Shown here in pieces: positions 1-18,100 of a stretch of 64,000 nucleotides of DNA. The translations under genes were made by a program, and so were the position numbers. The stretch comes from Eledone cirrhosa (Eukaryota): the NCBI GenBank assembly GCA_964016885.1, contig OZ024754.1:17732001-17796000 (forward strand), in the 5' to 3' direction. The first letter of the stretch is position 1. The number at the start of each line of letters is the position of its first letter. The notes under the pieces were generated by a model. That model did no database searches. It had not been told where the DNA came from and saw nothing but the letters and a program-made list of their open reading frames with translations.

Positions 1-3000
1 TATACACAGACATACACAGACATACACAGACATACACAGACATATACAGACATATACAGACATATACAGACATACACAGACATAGACAGACATACACAGA
101 CATACACAGACATACACAGACACACACAGACACATACAGAGACACACAGACATACACAGACATACACAGACATACACAGACACACAGATACACACAGACA
201 TACACAGACATATATAGACACACACAGAGACACACAGACATACACAGACATATATAGACACACAGACACACACCAACATACACAGACATACACAGACATA
301 CACAGACAAACACAGATATACACAGACATACACAGATATACACAGACACACACAGACATACACAGATATACACAGACATACACAGAGACACACAGAGACA
401 CACGGATACACACAGACATACAGACATACACAGAGACATACAGACATACACAGAGACACATAGACATACACAGAGACACACAGACATACACAGAGACACA
501 CAGACATATACATACATACACAGACACACACAGATATACACAGACATACACAGACACACACAGAGACACACAGACATACACAGATATACACAGATATACA
601 CAGACACACACAGAGACACACAGACATACACAGACATATACAGACACACAGACACACACAGACATACACAGACACACACAGAGACACACAGACATACACA
701 GACATACACAGATATATACAGACATACAAAGACACACACAGAGACACACAGACATACACAGACATACACAGACATACACAGACATACACAGACATATACA
801 GACATACACAGACATACACAGACATACACAGACATACACAGACATACACAGAGATACACAGACATATACAGACATACACATACTTACACAGACATACACA
901 GACATATACAGACATATACAGACATACACAGACATACGCAGACATATACAGACATATACAGACATACACAGACATACACAGACATACACAGACACACACA
1001 GACACACACAGACATACACATACATGTACAGACATATACAGACATACACAGACATACACAGACATAGACAGACATACACAGACATATACAGACATACACA
1101 GACATACACAGACATACACAGATATACGCAGATATATACAGATATATACAGACATACACAGACATATAAAGACACACACACATACACAGATATACACAGA
1201 CATACACAGACATATACAGACATAGACAGACATACACAGACATACACAGACATATACAGACATACACAGACATACACAGTCATACACAGACATATACAGA
1301 CATATACAGACATATACAGACATACACAGACATACACAGACATACACAGACATACACAGACATACACAGATATATACAGACATACACAGATATATACAGA
1401 CATACACAGATATACACAGACATACACAGACATACACAGACATATACAGACATATACAGACATACACAGACATACACAGACATACACAGACATATACAGA
1501 CATACACATACATACGCAGACACACACAGACATACACAGACATACACAGATATACACAGAGACACAGACACACATAGACATACACAGACATATACAGACA
1601 TACACAGACACACACAGACATACACAGATATACACAGATATACACAGAGACACAGACACACACAGACATACACAGACATATACAGACATACACAGACATA
1701 CACAGACACACACAGACATACACAGACATACACTGATATACACACAGACACAGACATACACAGACATACACAGACATACACAGATATACACAGATATACA
1801 CAGACATACACAGACAAACACAGATATACACAGACATACACAGACATACACAGACACACACAGACACACACAGATATACACAGATATACACAGACACACA
1901 CAGAGACACACAGACATACACAGACATACACAGACATACACAGACATACACAGACATACACAGACATATACAGACATACACAGACATATACAGACATACA
2001 CAGACATACACAGACATACACAGACATACACAGACATACACAGACATACACAGAGATACACAGACATATACAGACATATACAGATATACACAGACATACA
2101 CAGACATACACAGACATATACAGACTTACACAGACATACACGGACACACAGAGACATACACAGACATATACAGACATATACAGACATACACAGACATACA
2201 CAGACATACACAGACATACACAGACATATACAGACATACACAGACATACACAGACATACACAGATATACACAGATATATACAGATATATACAGACATACA
2301 CAGACATATAAAGACACACAGACATACACAGACATACACAGACATACACAGACATATACAGACATATACAGACATACACAGACATACACAGACATACACA
2401 GACATACACAGACATATACAGACATATACAGACATACACAGACATACAAAGACATACACAGACATATACAGACATATACAGACATACACAGACACACACA
2501 GACATATACAGACATACACAGACATACACAGACATACACAGACATACACAGACATACACAGATATATACAGACATACACAGATATACACAGACATACACA
2601 GATATATACAGATATACACAGATATATACAGACATACACAGATATACACAGACATACACAGATATATACAGACATATACAGACATACACAGTCATACACA
2701 GACATATACAGACATATACAGACATATACAGACATACACAGACATATACAGACATACACAGACATACACAGACATACACAGACATATACAGACATATACA
2801 GACATACACAGACATACACAGACATACACAGACATATACAGACATACACAGATATATACAGACATACACAGATATACACAGACATATACAGATATACACA
2901 GACATACACAGACATACACAGACATACACAGACATGTACAGACATATACAGACATACACAGACATAGACAGACATACACAGACATACACAGACATACACA

Positions 3001-6000
3001 GACATACACAGACATACACAGACACACACAGACATATACAGACATACACAGACATACACAGACATATACAGACATACACAGACATACACAGTCATACACA
3101 GACATATACAGACATATACAGACATATACAGACATACACAGATATACACAGACATACACAGACATACACAGACATACACAGATATATACAGACATACACA
3201 GATATACACAGACATATACAGACATATACAGATATACACAGATATATACAGACATACACAGATATACACAGACATACACAGACATACACAGACATACACA
3301 GACATAGACAGATATATACAGACATACACAGATATACACAGACATACACAGACATACACAGACATACACAGATATATACAGACATACACAGATATACACA
3401 GACATATACAGACATATACAGATATACACAGATATATACAGACATACACAGATATACACAGACATACACAGACACACACAGATATATACAGACATATACA
3501 GACATACACAGTCATACAGAGACATATACAGACATATACAGACATATACAGACATACACAGACATATACAGACATATACAGACATATACAGACATACACA
3601 GATATACACAGTCATACACAGACATATACAGACATATACAGATATACACAGACATACACAGACATACACAGACATACACAGACACACACAGACATACACA
3701 GACATACACAGACATACACAGACATACACAGACATACACAGACACACACACACAGACATACACAGACATACACAGACATACACAGACATACACAGACATA
3801 CACAGACACACACAGACATACACAGACATACACAGACATACACAGACATACACAGACATATACAGACATACACAGACATACACAGACATACACAGATATA
3901 CACAGATATATACAGATATATACAGACATACACAGACATATAAAGACACACAGACATACACAGATATACACAGACATACACAGACATATACAGACATACA
4001 CAGACATACACAGACATACACAGACATATACAGATATACACAGATATATACAGACATACACAGATATACACAGACATACACAGACACACACCAATATATA
4101 CAGACATATACAGACATACACAGTCATACACAGACATATACAGACATATACAGACATATACAGACATACACAGATATACACAGACGTACGCAGACATACA
4201 CAGACATATACAGACATATACAGACATATACAGACATACACAGACATAGACAGACATACACAGACATACACAGACATACATAGAATACACAGATACACAC
4301 AGACATATACAGAGACACACAGACATACACAGACATACACAGACATACACAGACACACAGATACACACAGACATACACAGACATATACAGACACACACAG
4401 AGACACACAGACATACACAGACATATACAGACACACAGACACACACAGACATACACAGACATATACAGACACACACAGAGACACACAGACATACACAGAC
4501 ATATACAGACACACAGACACACACAAACATACACAGACATACACAGACATACACAGACATACACAGACAAACACAGATATACACAGACATACACAGATAT
4601 ACACAGACACACACAGACATACACAGATATACACAGACATACACAGAGACACACAGACACACACAGATACACACAGACATACAGACATACACAGAGACAC
4701 ACAGACATACACAGAGACACACAGACATACACAGAGACACACAGACATATACATACATACACAGACACACACAGATATACACAGACATACACAGACAGAC
4801 ACAGAGACACACAGACATACACAGATATACACAGATATACACAGACACACACAGAGACACACAGACATACACAGACATATACAGACACACAGACACACAC
4901 AGACATACACAGACACACACAGAGACACACAGACATACACAGATATACACAGATATACACAGACACACACAGAGACACACAGATATACACAGACATACAC
5001 AGATATATACAGATATACAAAGACACACACAGAGACACACAGACATACACAGACATACACAGACATACACAGACATACACAGACATACACAGACATACAC
5101 AGGCATACACAGAGATACACAGACATACACAGACATACACAGACATACACAGACACACACAGACATACACAGACATACACAGAAATACACAGAGATATAC
5201 AGACATACACAGACATACACAGACATACACAGATATACACAGACATACACACACATACACACACAGACATACACAGACATACACAGACATAGACAGACAT
5301 ACACAGACACACACAGACATACACAGACATACACAGACATACACAGAAATACACAGAGATATACAGACATACACAGACATACACAGACATATAAAGACAC
5401 ACAGACATACACAGATATACACAGACATACACAGACATATACAGACATACACAGACATACACAGACATACACAGACATATACAGACATACACAGACATAC
5501 ACAGTCATACACAGACATATACAGACATATACAGACATATACAGACATACACAGACATACACAGATATATACAGACATACACAGATATACAGAGACATAG
5601 ACAGACACACACAGATATATACAGACATATACAGACATACACAGTCATACACAGACATATACAGACATATACAGACATATACAGACATATACAGACATAC
5701 ACAGTCATACACAGACATATACAGACATATACAGACATATACAGACATACACAGACATACACAGACATACACAGACATACACAGATATATACAGACATAC
5801 ACAGATATACACAGACATACACAGACATACACAGACATACACAGACATATACAGACATATACAGACATATACAGACATATACAGACATATACAGATATAC
5901 ACAGACATACACAGACATACACAGACATACACAGACATACACAGACATATACAGACATATACAGACATACACAGACATACAGACATACACAGACATACAC

Positions 6001-9000
6001 AGATATACACAGACACACACAGATATACACAGACATACACAGACATACACAGACATATACAGACATATACAGACATACACAGATATACACAGACATACAC
6101 AGACATACACAGATATACACAGTCATACACAGACATACACAGACATACACAGTCATACACAGATATATACAGACATACACAGACATACACAGACACACAC
6201 AGACATACACAGATATACACAGACATATACAGACATATACAGATATACACAGACATACACAGACATACACAGACATACACAGACATATACAGACATATAC
6301 AGACATACACAGACATACACAGACATATACAGACATACACAGACATACACAGACATACACAGACATACACAGACACACACAGACATACACAGACACACAC
6401 AGACATACACAGACATACACAGATACACACAGACATACACAGATACACACAGACATACACAGACAAACACAGACACACACAGACACACACAGACATACAC
6501 AGACCTACACAGACATACACAGACATACACAGACATATACAGAGACACACAGACATACACAGACATACACAGACATACACTGACACACAGATACACACAG
6601 ACATACACAGACCTATACAGACACACACAGAGACACACAGACATACACAGACATATACAGACACACAGACACACACAGACATACACAGACATATACAGAC
6701 ACACACAGAGACGCACAGACATACACAGACATACACAGACACACAGAGACATACACAGGCATACACAGATACACACAGACATACACAGATACACACAGAC
6801 ATACACAGACAAACACAGACACACACAGACACACACAGACATACACAGACCTACAAAGACATACACAGACATACACAGACATATACAGAGACACACAGAC
6901 ATACACAGACATACACAGACATACACTGAGACACAGATACACACAGACATACACAGACCTATACAGACACACACAGAGACACACAGACATACACAGACAT
7001 ATACAGACACACAGACACACACAGACATACACAGACATATACAGACACACAGAGACACACAGACATACACAGACATATACAGACACACAGACACACACAA
7101 ACATACACAGACATACACAGACATACACAGACAAACACAGATATACACAGACATACACAGATATACGCAGATATACACAGACATACACAGAGACACACAG
7201 ACATACACAGACATACACAGACATACACAGACACACAGATATACACAGACATACACAGATATACACAGATATACACAGACATACACAGAGACACACAGAG
7301 ACACACAGATACACACAGACATATACAGAGACACACAGACATATACAGACATACGCAGACACACACAGATACACACAGACATACAGACATACACAGAGAC
7401 ACGCAGACATACACCGAGACACACAGACATACACAGAGACACACAGACATATACAGGCATACACAGACACACACAGATATACACAGACATACACAGACAC
7501 ACACAGAGACACACAGACATAGACAGATATACACAGATATACACAGACACACACAGAGACACACAGACATACAGAGACATATACAGACACACAGACACAC
7601 ACAGACATATACAGACACACACAGACATACACAGACATACACAGATATACACAGATATATACAGATATATACAGACATACACAGACATATAAAGACACAC
7701 AGACATACACAGATATACACAGACATACACAGACATATACAGACATACACAGACATACACAGACATACACAGACATATACAGACATACACAGACATACAC
7801 AGTCATACACAGACATATACAGACATATACAGACATATACAGACATACACAGATATACACAGACATACACAGACATACACAGACATACACAGATATATAC
7901 AGACATACACAGATATACACAGACATATACAGACATATACAGATATACACAGATATATACAGACATACACAGATATACACAGACATACACAGACATACAC
8001 AGACATACACAGACATAGACAGATATATACAGACATACACAGATATACACAGACATACACAGACATACACAGACATACACAGACATACACAGATATATAC
8101 AGACATACACAGATATACACAGACATATACAGACATATACAGATATACACAGATATATACAGACATACACAGATATACACAGACATACACAGACACACAC
8201 AGATATATACAGACATATACAGACATACACAGTCATACACAGACATATACAGACATATACAGACATATACAGACATACACAGACATATACAGACATATAC
8301 AGACATATACAGACATACACAGATATACACAGTCATACACAGACATATACAGACATATACAGATATACACAGACATACACAGACATACACAGACATACAC
8401 AGACACACACAGACATACACAGACATACACAGACATACACAGACATACACAGACATACACAGACACACACACACAGACATACACAGACATACACAGACAT
8501 ACACAGACATACACAGACATACACAGACATACACAGACACACACAGACATACACAGACATATACAGACATATACAGACATACACAGACATACACAGACAT
8601 ACACAGACATACACAGACATATACAGACATACACAGACATACACAGACATACACAGATATACACAGATATATACAGATATATACAGACATACACAGACAT
8701 ATAAAGACACACAGACATACACAGATATACACAGACATACACAGACATATACAGACATACACAGACATACACAGACATACACAGACATATACAGATATAC
8801 ACAGATATATACAGACATACACAGATATACACAGACATACACAGACACACACCAATATATACAGACATATACAGACATACACAGTCATACACAGACATAT
8901 ACAGACATATACAGACATATACAGACATACACAGATATACACAGACGTACGCAGACATACACAGACATATACAGACATATACAGACATATACAGACATAC

Positions 9001-12000
9001 ACAGACATAGACAGACATACACAGACATACACAGACATACATAGAATACACAGATACACACAGACATATACAGAGACACACAGACATACACAGACATACA
9101 CAGACATACACAGACACACAGATACACACAGACATACACAGACATATACAGACACACACAGAGACACACAGACATACACAGACATATACAGACACACAGA
9201 CACACACAGACATACACAGACATATACAGACACACACAGAGACACACAGACATACACAGACATATACAGACACACAGACACACACAAACATACACAGACA
9301 TACACAGACATACACAGACATACACAGACAAACACAGATATACACAGACATACACAGATATACACAGACACACACAGACATACACAGATATACACAGACA
9401 TACACAGAGACACACAGACACACACAGATACACACAGACATACAGACATACACAGAGACACACAGACATACACAGAGACACACAGACATACACAGAGACA
9501 CACAGACATATACATACATACACAGACACACACAGATATACACAGACATACACAGACAGACACAGAGACACACAGACATACACAGATATACACAGATATA
9601 CACAGACACAAACAGAGACACACAGACATACACAGACATATACAGACACACAGACACACACAGACATACACAGACACACACAGAGACACACAGACATACA
9701 CAGATATACACAGATATACACAGACACACACAGAGACACACAGATATACACAGACATACACAGATATATACAGATATACAAAGACACACACAGAGACACA
9801 CAGACATACACAGACATACACAGACATACACAGACATACACAGACATACACAGACATACACAGACATACACCGAGATACACAGACATACACAGACATACA
9901 CAGACATACACAGACACACACAGACATACACAGACATACACAGAAATACACAGAGATATACAGACATACACAGACATACACAGACATACACAGATATACA
10001 CAGACATACACACACATACACACACAGACATACACAGACATACACAGACATAGACAGACATACACAGACATACACAGACACACACAGACATACACAGACA
10101 TACACAGACATACACAGAAATACACAGAGATATACAGACATACACAGACATACACAGACATATAAAGACACACAGACATACACAGATATACACAGACATA
10201 CACAGACATATACAGACATACACAGACATACACAGACATACACAGACATATACAGACATACACAGACATACACAGTCATACACAGACATATACAGACATA
10301 TACAGACATATACAGACATACACAGACATACACAGACATACACAGACATACACAGACATACACAGATATATACAGACATACACAGATATACAGAGACATA
10401 CACAGACACACACAGATATATACAGACATATACAGACATACACAGTCATACACAGACATATACAGACATATACAGACATATACAGACATATACAGACATA
10501 CACAGTCATACACAGACATATACAGACATATACAGACATATACAGACATACACAGACATACACAGACATACACAGACATACACAGACATACACAGATATA
10601 TACAGACATACACAGATATACACAGACATACACAGACATACACAGACATACACAGACATATACAGACATATACAGACATATACAGACATATACAGACATA
10701 TACAGATATACACAGACATACACAGACATACACAGACATACACAGACATACACAGACATATACAGACATATACAGACATACACAGACATACAGACATACA
10801 CAGACATACACAGATATACACAGACACACACAGATATACACAGACATACACAGACATACACAGACATATACAGACATATACAGACATACACAGATATACA
10901 CAGACATACACAGACATACACAGATATACACAGTCATACACAGACATACACAGACATACACAGTCATACACAGATATATACAGACATACACAGACATACA
11001 CAGACACACACAGACATACACAGATATACACAGACATATACAGACATATACAGATATACACAGACATACACAGACATACACAGACATACACAGACATATA
11101 CAGACATATACAGACATACACAGACATACACAGACATATACAGACATACACAGACATACACAGACATACACAGACACACACAGACATACACAGACACACA
11201 CAGACATACACAGACATACACAGATACACACAGACATACACAGATACACACAGACATACACAGACAAACACAGACACACACAGACACACACAGACATACA
11301 CAGACCTACACAGACATACACAGACATACACAGACATATACAGAGACACACAGACATACACAGACATACACAGACATACACTGACACACAGATACACACA
11401 GACATACACAGACCTATACAGACACACACAGAGACACACAGACATACACAGACATATACAGACACACAGACACACACAGACATACACAGACATATACAGA
11501 CACACACAGAGACACACAGACATACACAGACATACACAGACACACAGAGACATACACAGACATACACAGATACACACAGACATACACAGATACACACAGA
11601 CATACACAGACAAACACAGACACACACAGACACACACAGACATACACAGACCTACAAAGACATACACAGACATACACAGACATATACAGAGACACACAGA
11701 CATACACAGACATACACTGAGACACAGATACACACAGACATACACAGACCTATACAGACACACACAGAGACACACAGACATACACAGACATATACAGACA
11801 CACAGACACACACAGACATACACAGACATATACAGACACACAGAGACACACAGACATACACAGACATATACAGACACACAGACACACACAAACATACACA
11901 GACATACACAGACATACACAGACAAACACAGATATACACAGACATACACAGATATACGCAGATATACACAGACATACACAGAGACACACAGACATACACA

Positions 12001-14548
12001 GACATACACAGACATACACAGACACACAGATATACACAGACATACACAGATATACACAGATATACACAGACATACACAGAGACACACAGAGACACACAGA
12101 TACACACAGACATATACAGAGACACACAGACATATACAGACATACGCAGACACACACAGATACACACAGACATACAGACATACACAGAGACACGCAGACA
12201 TACACCGAGACACACAGACATACACAGAGACACACAGACATATACAGGCATACACAGACACACACAGATATACACAGACATACACAGACACACACAGAGA
12301 CACACAGACATAGACAGATATACACAGATATACACAGACACACACAGAGACACACAGACATTCAGAGACATATACAGACACACAGACACACACAGACATA
12401 TACAGACACACACAGACATACACAGACATACACAGATATACACAGATATATACAGATATATACAGACATACACAGACATATAAAGACACACAGACATACA
12501 CAGATATACACAGACATACACAGACATATACAGACATACACAGACATACACAGACATACACAGACAGATACAGACATATACAGACATATACAGACATACA
12601 CAGACATACACAGACATACACAGACATACACAGACATACACAGATATATACAGACATACACAGATATACAGAGACATACACAGACACACACAGATATATA
12701 CAGACATATACAGACATACATAGTCATACACAGACATATACAGACATATACAGACATATACAGACATACACAGACATACACAGACATATACAGACATATA
12801 CAGACATATACAGACATACACAGATATACACAGATATACACAGACATACACAGACATACACAGACATATACAGACATATACAGACATACACAGACATACA
12901 CAGACATACACAGACATATACAGACATACACAGATATATACAGACATACACAGATATACATAGACATACACAGATATACACAGACATACACCGACATATA
13001 CAGATATATACAGACATATACAGACATATACAGACATATACAGATATACACAGACATACACAGACATACGCAGACATACACAGACACACAGAGACATACA
13101 CAGACATATACAGACATATACAGACATACAAAGACATACAGACATACACAGACATACACAGATATACACAGACACACACGGATATACACAGACATACACA
13201 GACATACACAGACATATACAGACATATACAGACATACACAGATATACACAGACATACACAGACATACACAGATATACACAGTCATACACAGACATACACA
13301 GACATACACAGTCATACACAGATATATACAGACATACACAGACATACACAGACACACACAGACATACACAGATATACACAGACATATACAGACATATACA
13401 GATATACACAGACATACACAGACATACACAGACATACACAGACATATACAGACATATACAGACATACACAGACATACACAGACATATACAGACATACACA
13501 GACATACACAGACATACACAGACATACACAGACATACACAGACACACACAGACATACACAGACACACACAGACATACACAGACATACACAGATACACACA
13601 GACATACACAGATACACACAGACATACACAGACAAACACAGGCACACACAGACACACACAGACATACACAGACCTACACAGACATACACAGACATACACA
13701 GACATATACAGAGACACACAGACATACACAGACATACACAGACATACACTGACACACAGATACACACAGACATACACAGACCTATACAGACACACACAGA
13801 GACACACAGACATACACAGACATACACAGACACACACAGACATACACAGATACACACAGACATACACAGATACACACAGACATACACAGACAAACACAGA
13901 CACACACAGACACACACAGACATACACAGACCTACACAGACATACACAGACATACACAGACACACACAGACATACATAGACACACACAGACATACGCAGA
14001 CATACACAGACATATATAGACACACACAGACAGACACCCACAGACATACACAGAGACACACAGACAGACACACACAGACATACACAGACACACACAGACA
14101 ATCACAGACACACACAGACACACGCATACACACACAGACACATACAGACAAACACAGACATACACCGACATATACAGACACACACAGACATACACAGACA
14201 GACATACACAGACAGACATACACAGAGACAGACACACACAGACAGACACACAGACATACACAGACATACACACATACATACAGAGACACACACAGACATA
14301 CACAGACACACAGAGACACACACAGACAGACACAGAGACACACAGAATATACACAGACACACACACAGACACACACACATACACACACAGACACACACAG
14401 ACATACACAGACACACACAGACATACACACACACACAGATACATACACAGAGACAAACACAGACACACACAGACAGACACACAGACATACACAGACATAC
14501 ACAGACACACACAGATAGACAGACACATACAGAGACACACAGACACAT
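1..14548. repeat. 10-bp satellite, consensus CAGACATACA (variants CAGACATATA, CAGATATACA, CAGACACACA, CAGAGACACA, CAGTCATACA); runs off the left edge
   Basis: Continuous 10-bp periodicity over ~14.5 kb (roughly 1,450 units). It degrades to irregular CA/CAGA repeats near 14.0-14.5 kb. Confidence 0.98.
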
Positions 14549-14707
14549 GCGATGGGTCTGATGTCTTTATAGTCCCTGTTATTTGATATTGGCCTTATTT
14601 CTTTTATACTCTGAGACAGCTCTATAGAATTTAGGAATCATTTTGTACCATCTTCATGTAAATTCATTAATTTACTTTCTAATTTACTTTCTAATTTACT
14701 CTAATAA

Positions 14708-14880
14708 GGTGGTGGATTGGCAGTATCGGTAGAGGGTCGGACGCCATGCTTTGACGCATAGCGTTATGGCCCTTGCCATTCTGAGTTCAAATCCCGCCGA
14801 GGTTAACTTTGCCTTTCATCCTTACGGGGTCGATAAAATAAAGTACCAGTAATACACTGGGTAATTGCTGGCCTTGTGCT
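14708..14880 (+). mobile_element. tRNA-derived SINE with Nin/Deu-type central domain
   Basis: A-box-like TGGCAGTATCGG, B-box GAGTTCAAATCCC, then GCCTTTCATCCTTACGGGGTCGATAAAATAAAGTACC, which resembles the Nin/Deu conserved domain. Confidence 0.75.
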
Positions 14881-15000
14881 GTATGTATGTTATATATTTC
14901 CAAGAGATGTCAACATGAGTGGACCTGTTATTTTTATCTAAAGATATTATTTCCAATTCCAACCTGCCCGTCCCTTCAATCTATCTTATTTCTCATTCTT

Positions 15001-15036
15001 TCTTCTGATGAAGGACTAGCGTCCAAAACGTTAAGC
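15001..15036 (+). other. Degenerate minimal hammerhead-ribozyme motif (Penelope-like element remnant?)
   Basis: CTGATGA-A-GGAC-TAGC-GTCC-AAAAC-GTTA: perfect stem II and palindromic AACGTT, but the conserved GAAA reads AAAA. Confidence 0.45.
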
Positions 15037-15121
15037 ATTAACCTAATATATTCCTTCCATAAACTGTACTGATTGTGCTGTTATTTCTGTTTACCTTTTA
15101 CATACATATATATATATATGT

Positions 15122-18100
15122 ATGCACGGTAGTGGGGTGGTTGGTGCTGCCATGTGCGAGAACTCCCCGACCATCATCAAGCACATCAAGCACATCAAGC
15201 ACATCAAGCACAACAGGAACAAGAACAAGAATATGAAGACGTCGCATCTCAGCATTGCCACACTTAATGTTGGCACTCTAACAGGTAGATCTGGTGAGAT
15301 AGTGGAGATGCTGGAGCGAAGGCATGTAGATGTGTGCTGCGTGCAAGAGGTGCGATGGAGAGGTGCCTCTGCAAGACTAATCGCAGGAAAATATCTTAGT
15401 TATAAGCTTTTACGGGTGGGTAATGATGATGGGTTAGGTGGGGTGGGCATTTTACTGGCTGAGAGATGGATCGATAAGACAATAGAGGTAGTTAGAGTTA
15501 GTAATAGAATAATCAAGCTTAGATTAGTTGTAGGCAAGAGACTGCTGACAATCATCTCTGCCTATGCTCCCCAAGTAGGCCTAGGTAAAGAAGAGAAAGA
15601 CTGCTTTTAGGAGCAACTTTTACAGATAGCCACAATGACAGAGGACAGAGACATCGTTATGTTAGCAGGGGACTTCAATGGTCATGCTGGACAGCTCCAG
15701 GATGGATACACTGGGGTACATGGTGGGCACGGTTATGGCTCAAGAAATGAAGAAGGAGTGAGGCTTCTTGAATTTTGTGATGCAAGTGCATTAACTATTT
15801 GCAACACTAACTTCAAGAAACCTACCAACCACCTAATAACCTACAAATCAGGCGAGCACATAAGCCAGATTGACTTCCTGCTAGTTAGACAGCGAGACAG
15901 ACAGATGGTATCAAATGCTAAGGCATACCCCGGGGAAGAATGTACCCCACAGCATAGGTTAGTCATTAGTGATATCTCAGTAAGCAAGAGATAGAATGAG
16001 ACATACAGGAAGGTGTGGAAAAGAAAGGTCTGGAAGCTAAAAAACCTTTCACTAAAATATAAATTTAGGAAAGCCCTTCAAGATGTGTATGACGAAAAAC
16101 AAGACGATTTACAGTCGTATGGCATAGATGATAACTGGAATTTCTTACGTGACAACTTACTGCAGGCTACTGAAGAAACTTGTGGCTGGAGGAGAGCTCC
16201 AACCAGACAGAGAGTGACCTGGTGGTGGAACAGCACGGTAGATAAGGCCATTAGAGACAAAAGACTAGCATGGAATGCTTGGAAAAATGGTGGGAGTAGA
16301 GAAGGATACACAGCCGCTAAGAGAGAAGCTAGACATCAGGTGTACTTAGCACGCAGGGAGGCTGAGAGTAGGAGGTTTGCCAATGTTCTGCGACGGGAAA
16401 ATCAGAGACGTACGGTGTTCCACATTACAAATCAGGATGTTGTTGGAGATAAGTGTGTCCGGAATGATGCCAGTGAACTTATTGTCACGAATGACCAAAA
16501 AAAGGAGGCCTGGAAATGTCATTATGAGAGACTGATGAATGTGGAGAATGAATGGGAGAGAGGGAAATTATCCCCAGTAGACCCGACAGAGGGACTAGCT
16601 ATTGAGATTGATCAATATAGGGAGGCAAGAGGCAATTAAGGAAATGAAAAATGGTAAGGCTGCTGGACTTTCGGGGATAGTTGCTGAGATGCTGAAGGCA
16701 TCAGGAGAAATAGGCATTGAACTGGTTGCATGCATCATTAATCAAGCTATATATGGTGGTGTCATATCCAAATACTGGTGCAGCAGTATTCTCATAAATT
16801 GCTACAAAGGTAAAGGGGATGCTCTGGAGAGGTGCAATTATAGAGGCATAAAACTGATGGATCAGGTCATGAAAGTGGCAGAAGAATATTAGAGCAACTA
16901 ATTAGAGAAAGGGACAAATTAGATGAAATGCAATTTGGTTTTGTGCCTCGGAAAAGTACAACAGATGCCCTCTTCATAGTGAGAAAACTACAAGAGGGGT
17001 TCTTAGAGAAGAATAAGCCACTATACTTAGCATTTGTTGACTTAGAGAAGGCCTTTGATAGGGTACCCTGATCTGTCATTTGGTGGTCCCTAAGGAAACT
17101 AGGTGTAGAGGAATGGCTTGTGAGGACAGTGCAAACTATGTACAGAGGTGTTGTCAGTAAAGTGAGAGTAGGAATGGAGTTTAGTGTGGAATTCCAGATA
17201 CAAGTAGTAGTACTTCAGGGTTTAGTCCTCAGCCCGCTCTTGTTCATTATAGTCCTCTAAGCCATAACAGAGGAGTTTAAGACTGGCTGTGCATGGGAAC
17301 TTCTTTATGCTGATGATCTGGTTCTTATAGCAGAATCAGTAGAGGAGCTAGAGAATAAATTCTGGCTATGGAAACAGCATTTGGAAGCAAGAGGACTGAG
17401 AGTGAACCTAGCTAAGACAAAAGTGTTGATGAGTAGAAAAGAGGACAAAACTCTGATTCCGCCATGTTCGATATGCAGAAAAGGAACTGGCATAAATTCC
17501 ATAAAATGTATGCAATGCAGATCTTGGGTACACAAGAGATGTAGTGGGATAGCAGGCAAACTAACAGGTAGGGAAAACTATGTATGCACAGGGAAAGTTG
17601 GCAGTAGTAATCGCAGTGATAGACACATTTTTCAAATGCAGGTGGGTTCTATGGAAGTGATTGATAGCTTCTGGTACCTAGGTGATCAGATTAGCATGGG
17701 AGGGGGTGTTCCAAAGCCATAGTATCTAAAATAAGGATGGGCTGGAAGAAGTTTAGGGAGCTGCTTCCTCTGTTGACAAAGAAGGGTTTCCCCCTGCGTA
17801 GGAAAGGTTGGTTATATGATGCCAATGCGCGATGTTGCATGGTAGTGAGACATGGGCAGCAACTGCAGAGGATATGCAATGGCTGGAGAGAAATGAAGCA
17901 AGCATGCTCCGATGAATGTGCAATGTCAATGTGCATGAACAACCAAGCATAGATGAGTTGAGAGAGAAATTGGGTATTAGAGGGAGAAGTTGTGGTGTGC
18001 AGGAGAGAAGACTGAGATGGTATGGACATGTTATGCGCATGGAGGATGACTGCTGGGTAAAGAAGTGCCAAGAAATCCCAGTAGAAGGAAGATGCTGTAG

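Noticed and set aside
884-14548. Very long ORFs ([10 protein letters not shown] and [10 protein letters not shown] repeats)
   Set aside because: The 10-bp unit has no stop codon on either strand, so overlapping ORFs arise in all frames, and frequent 8-bp units shift the frame. No coding evidence.
1-14548. Telomeric repeat
   Set aside because: Not TTAGGG-like, heterogeneous, and grades into a CA microsatellite.
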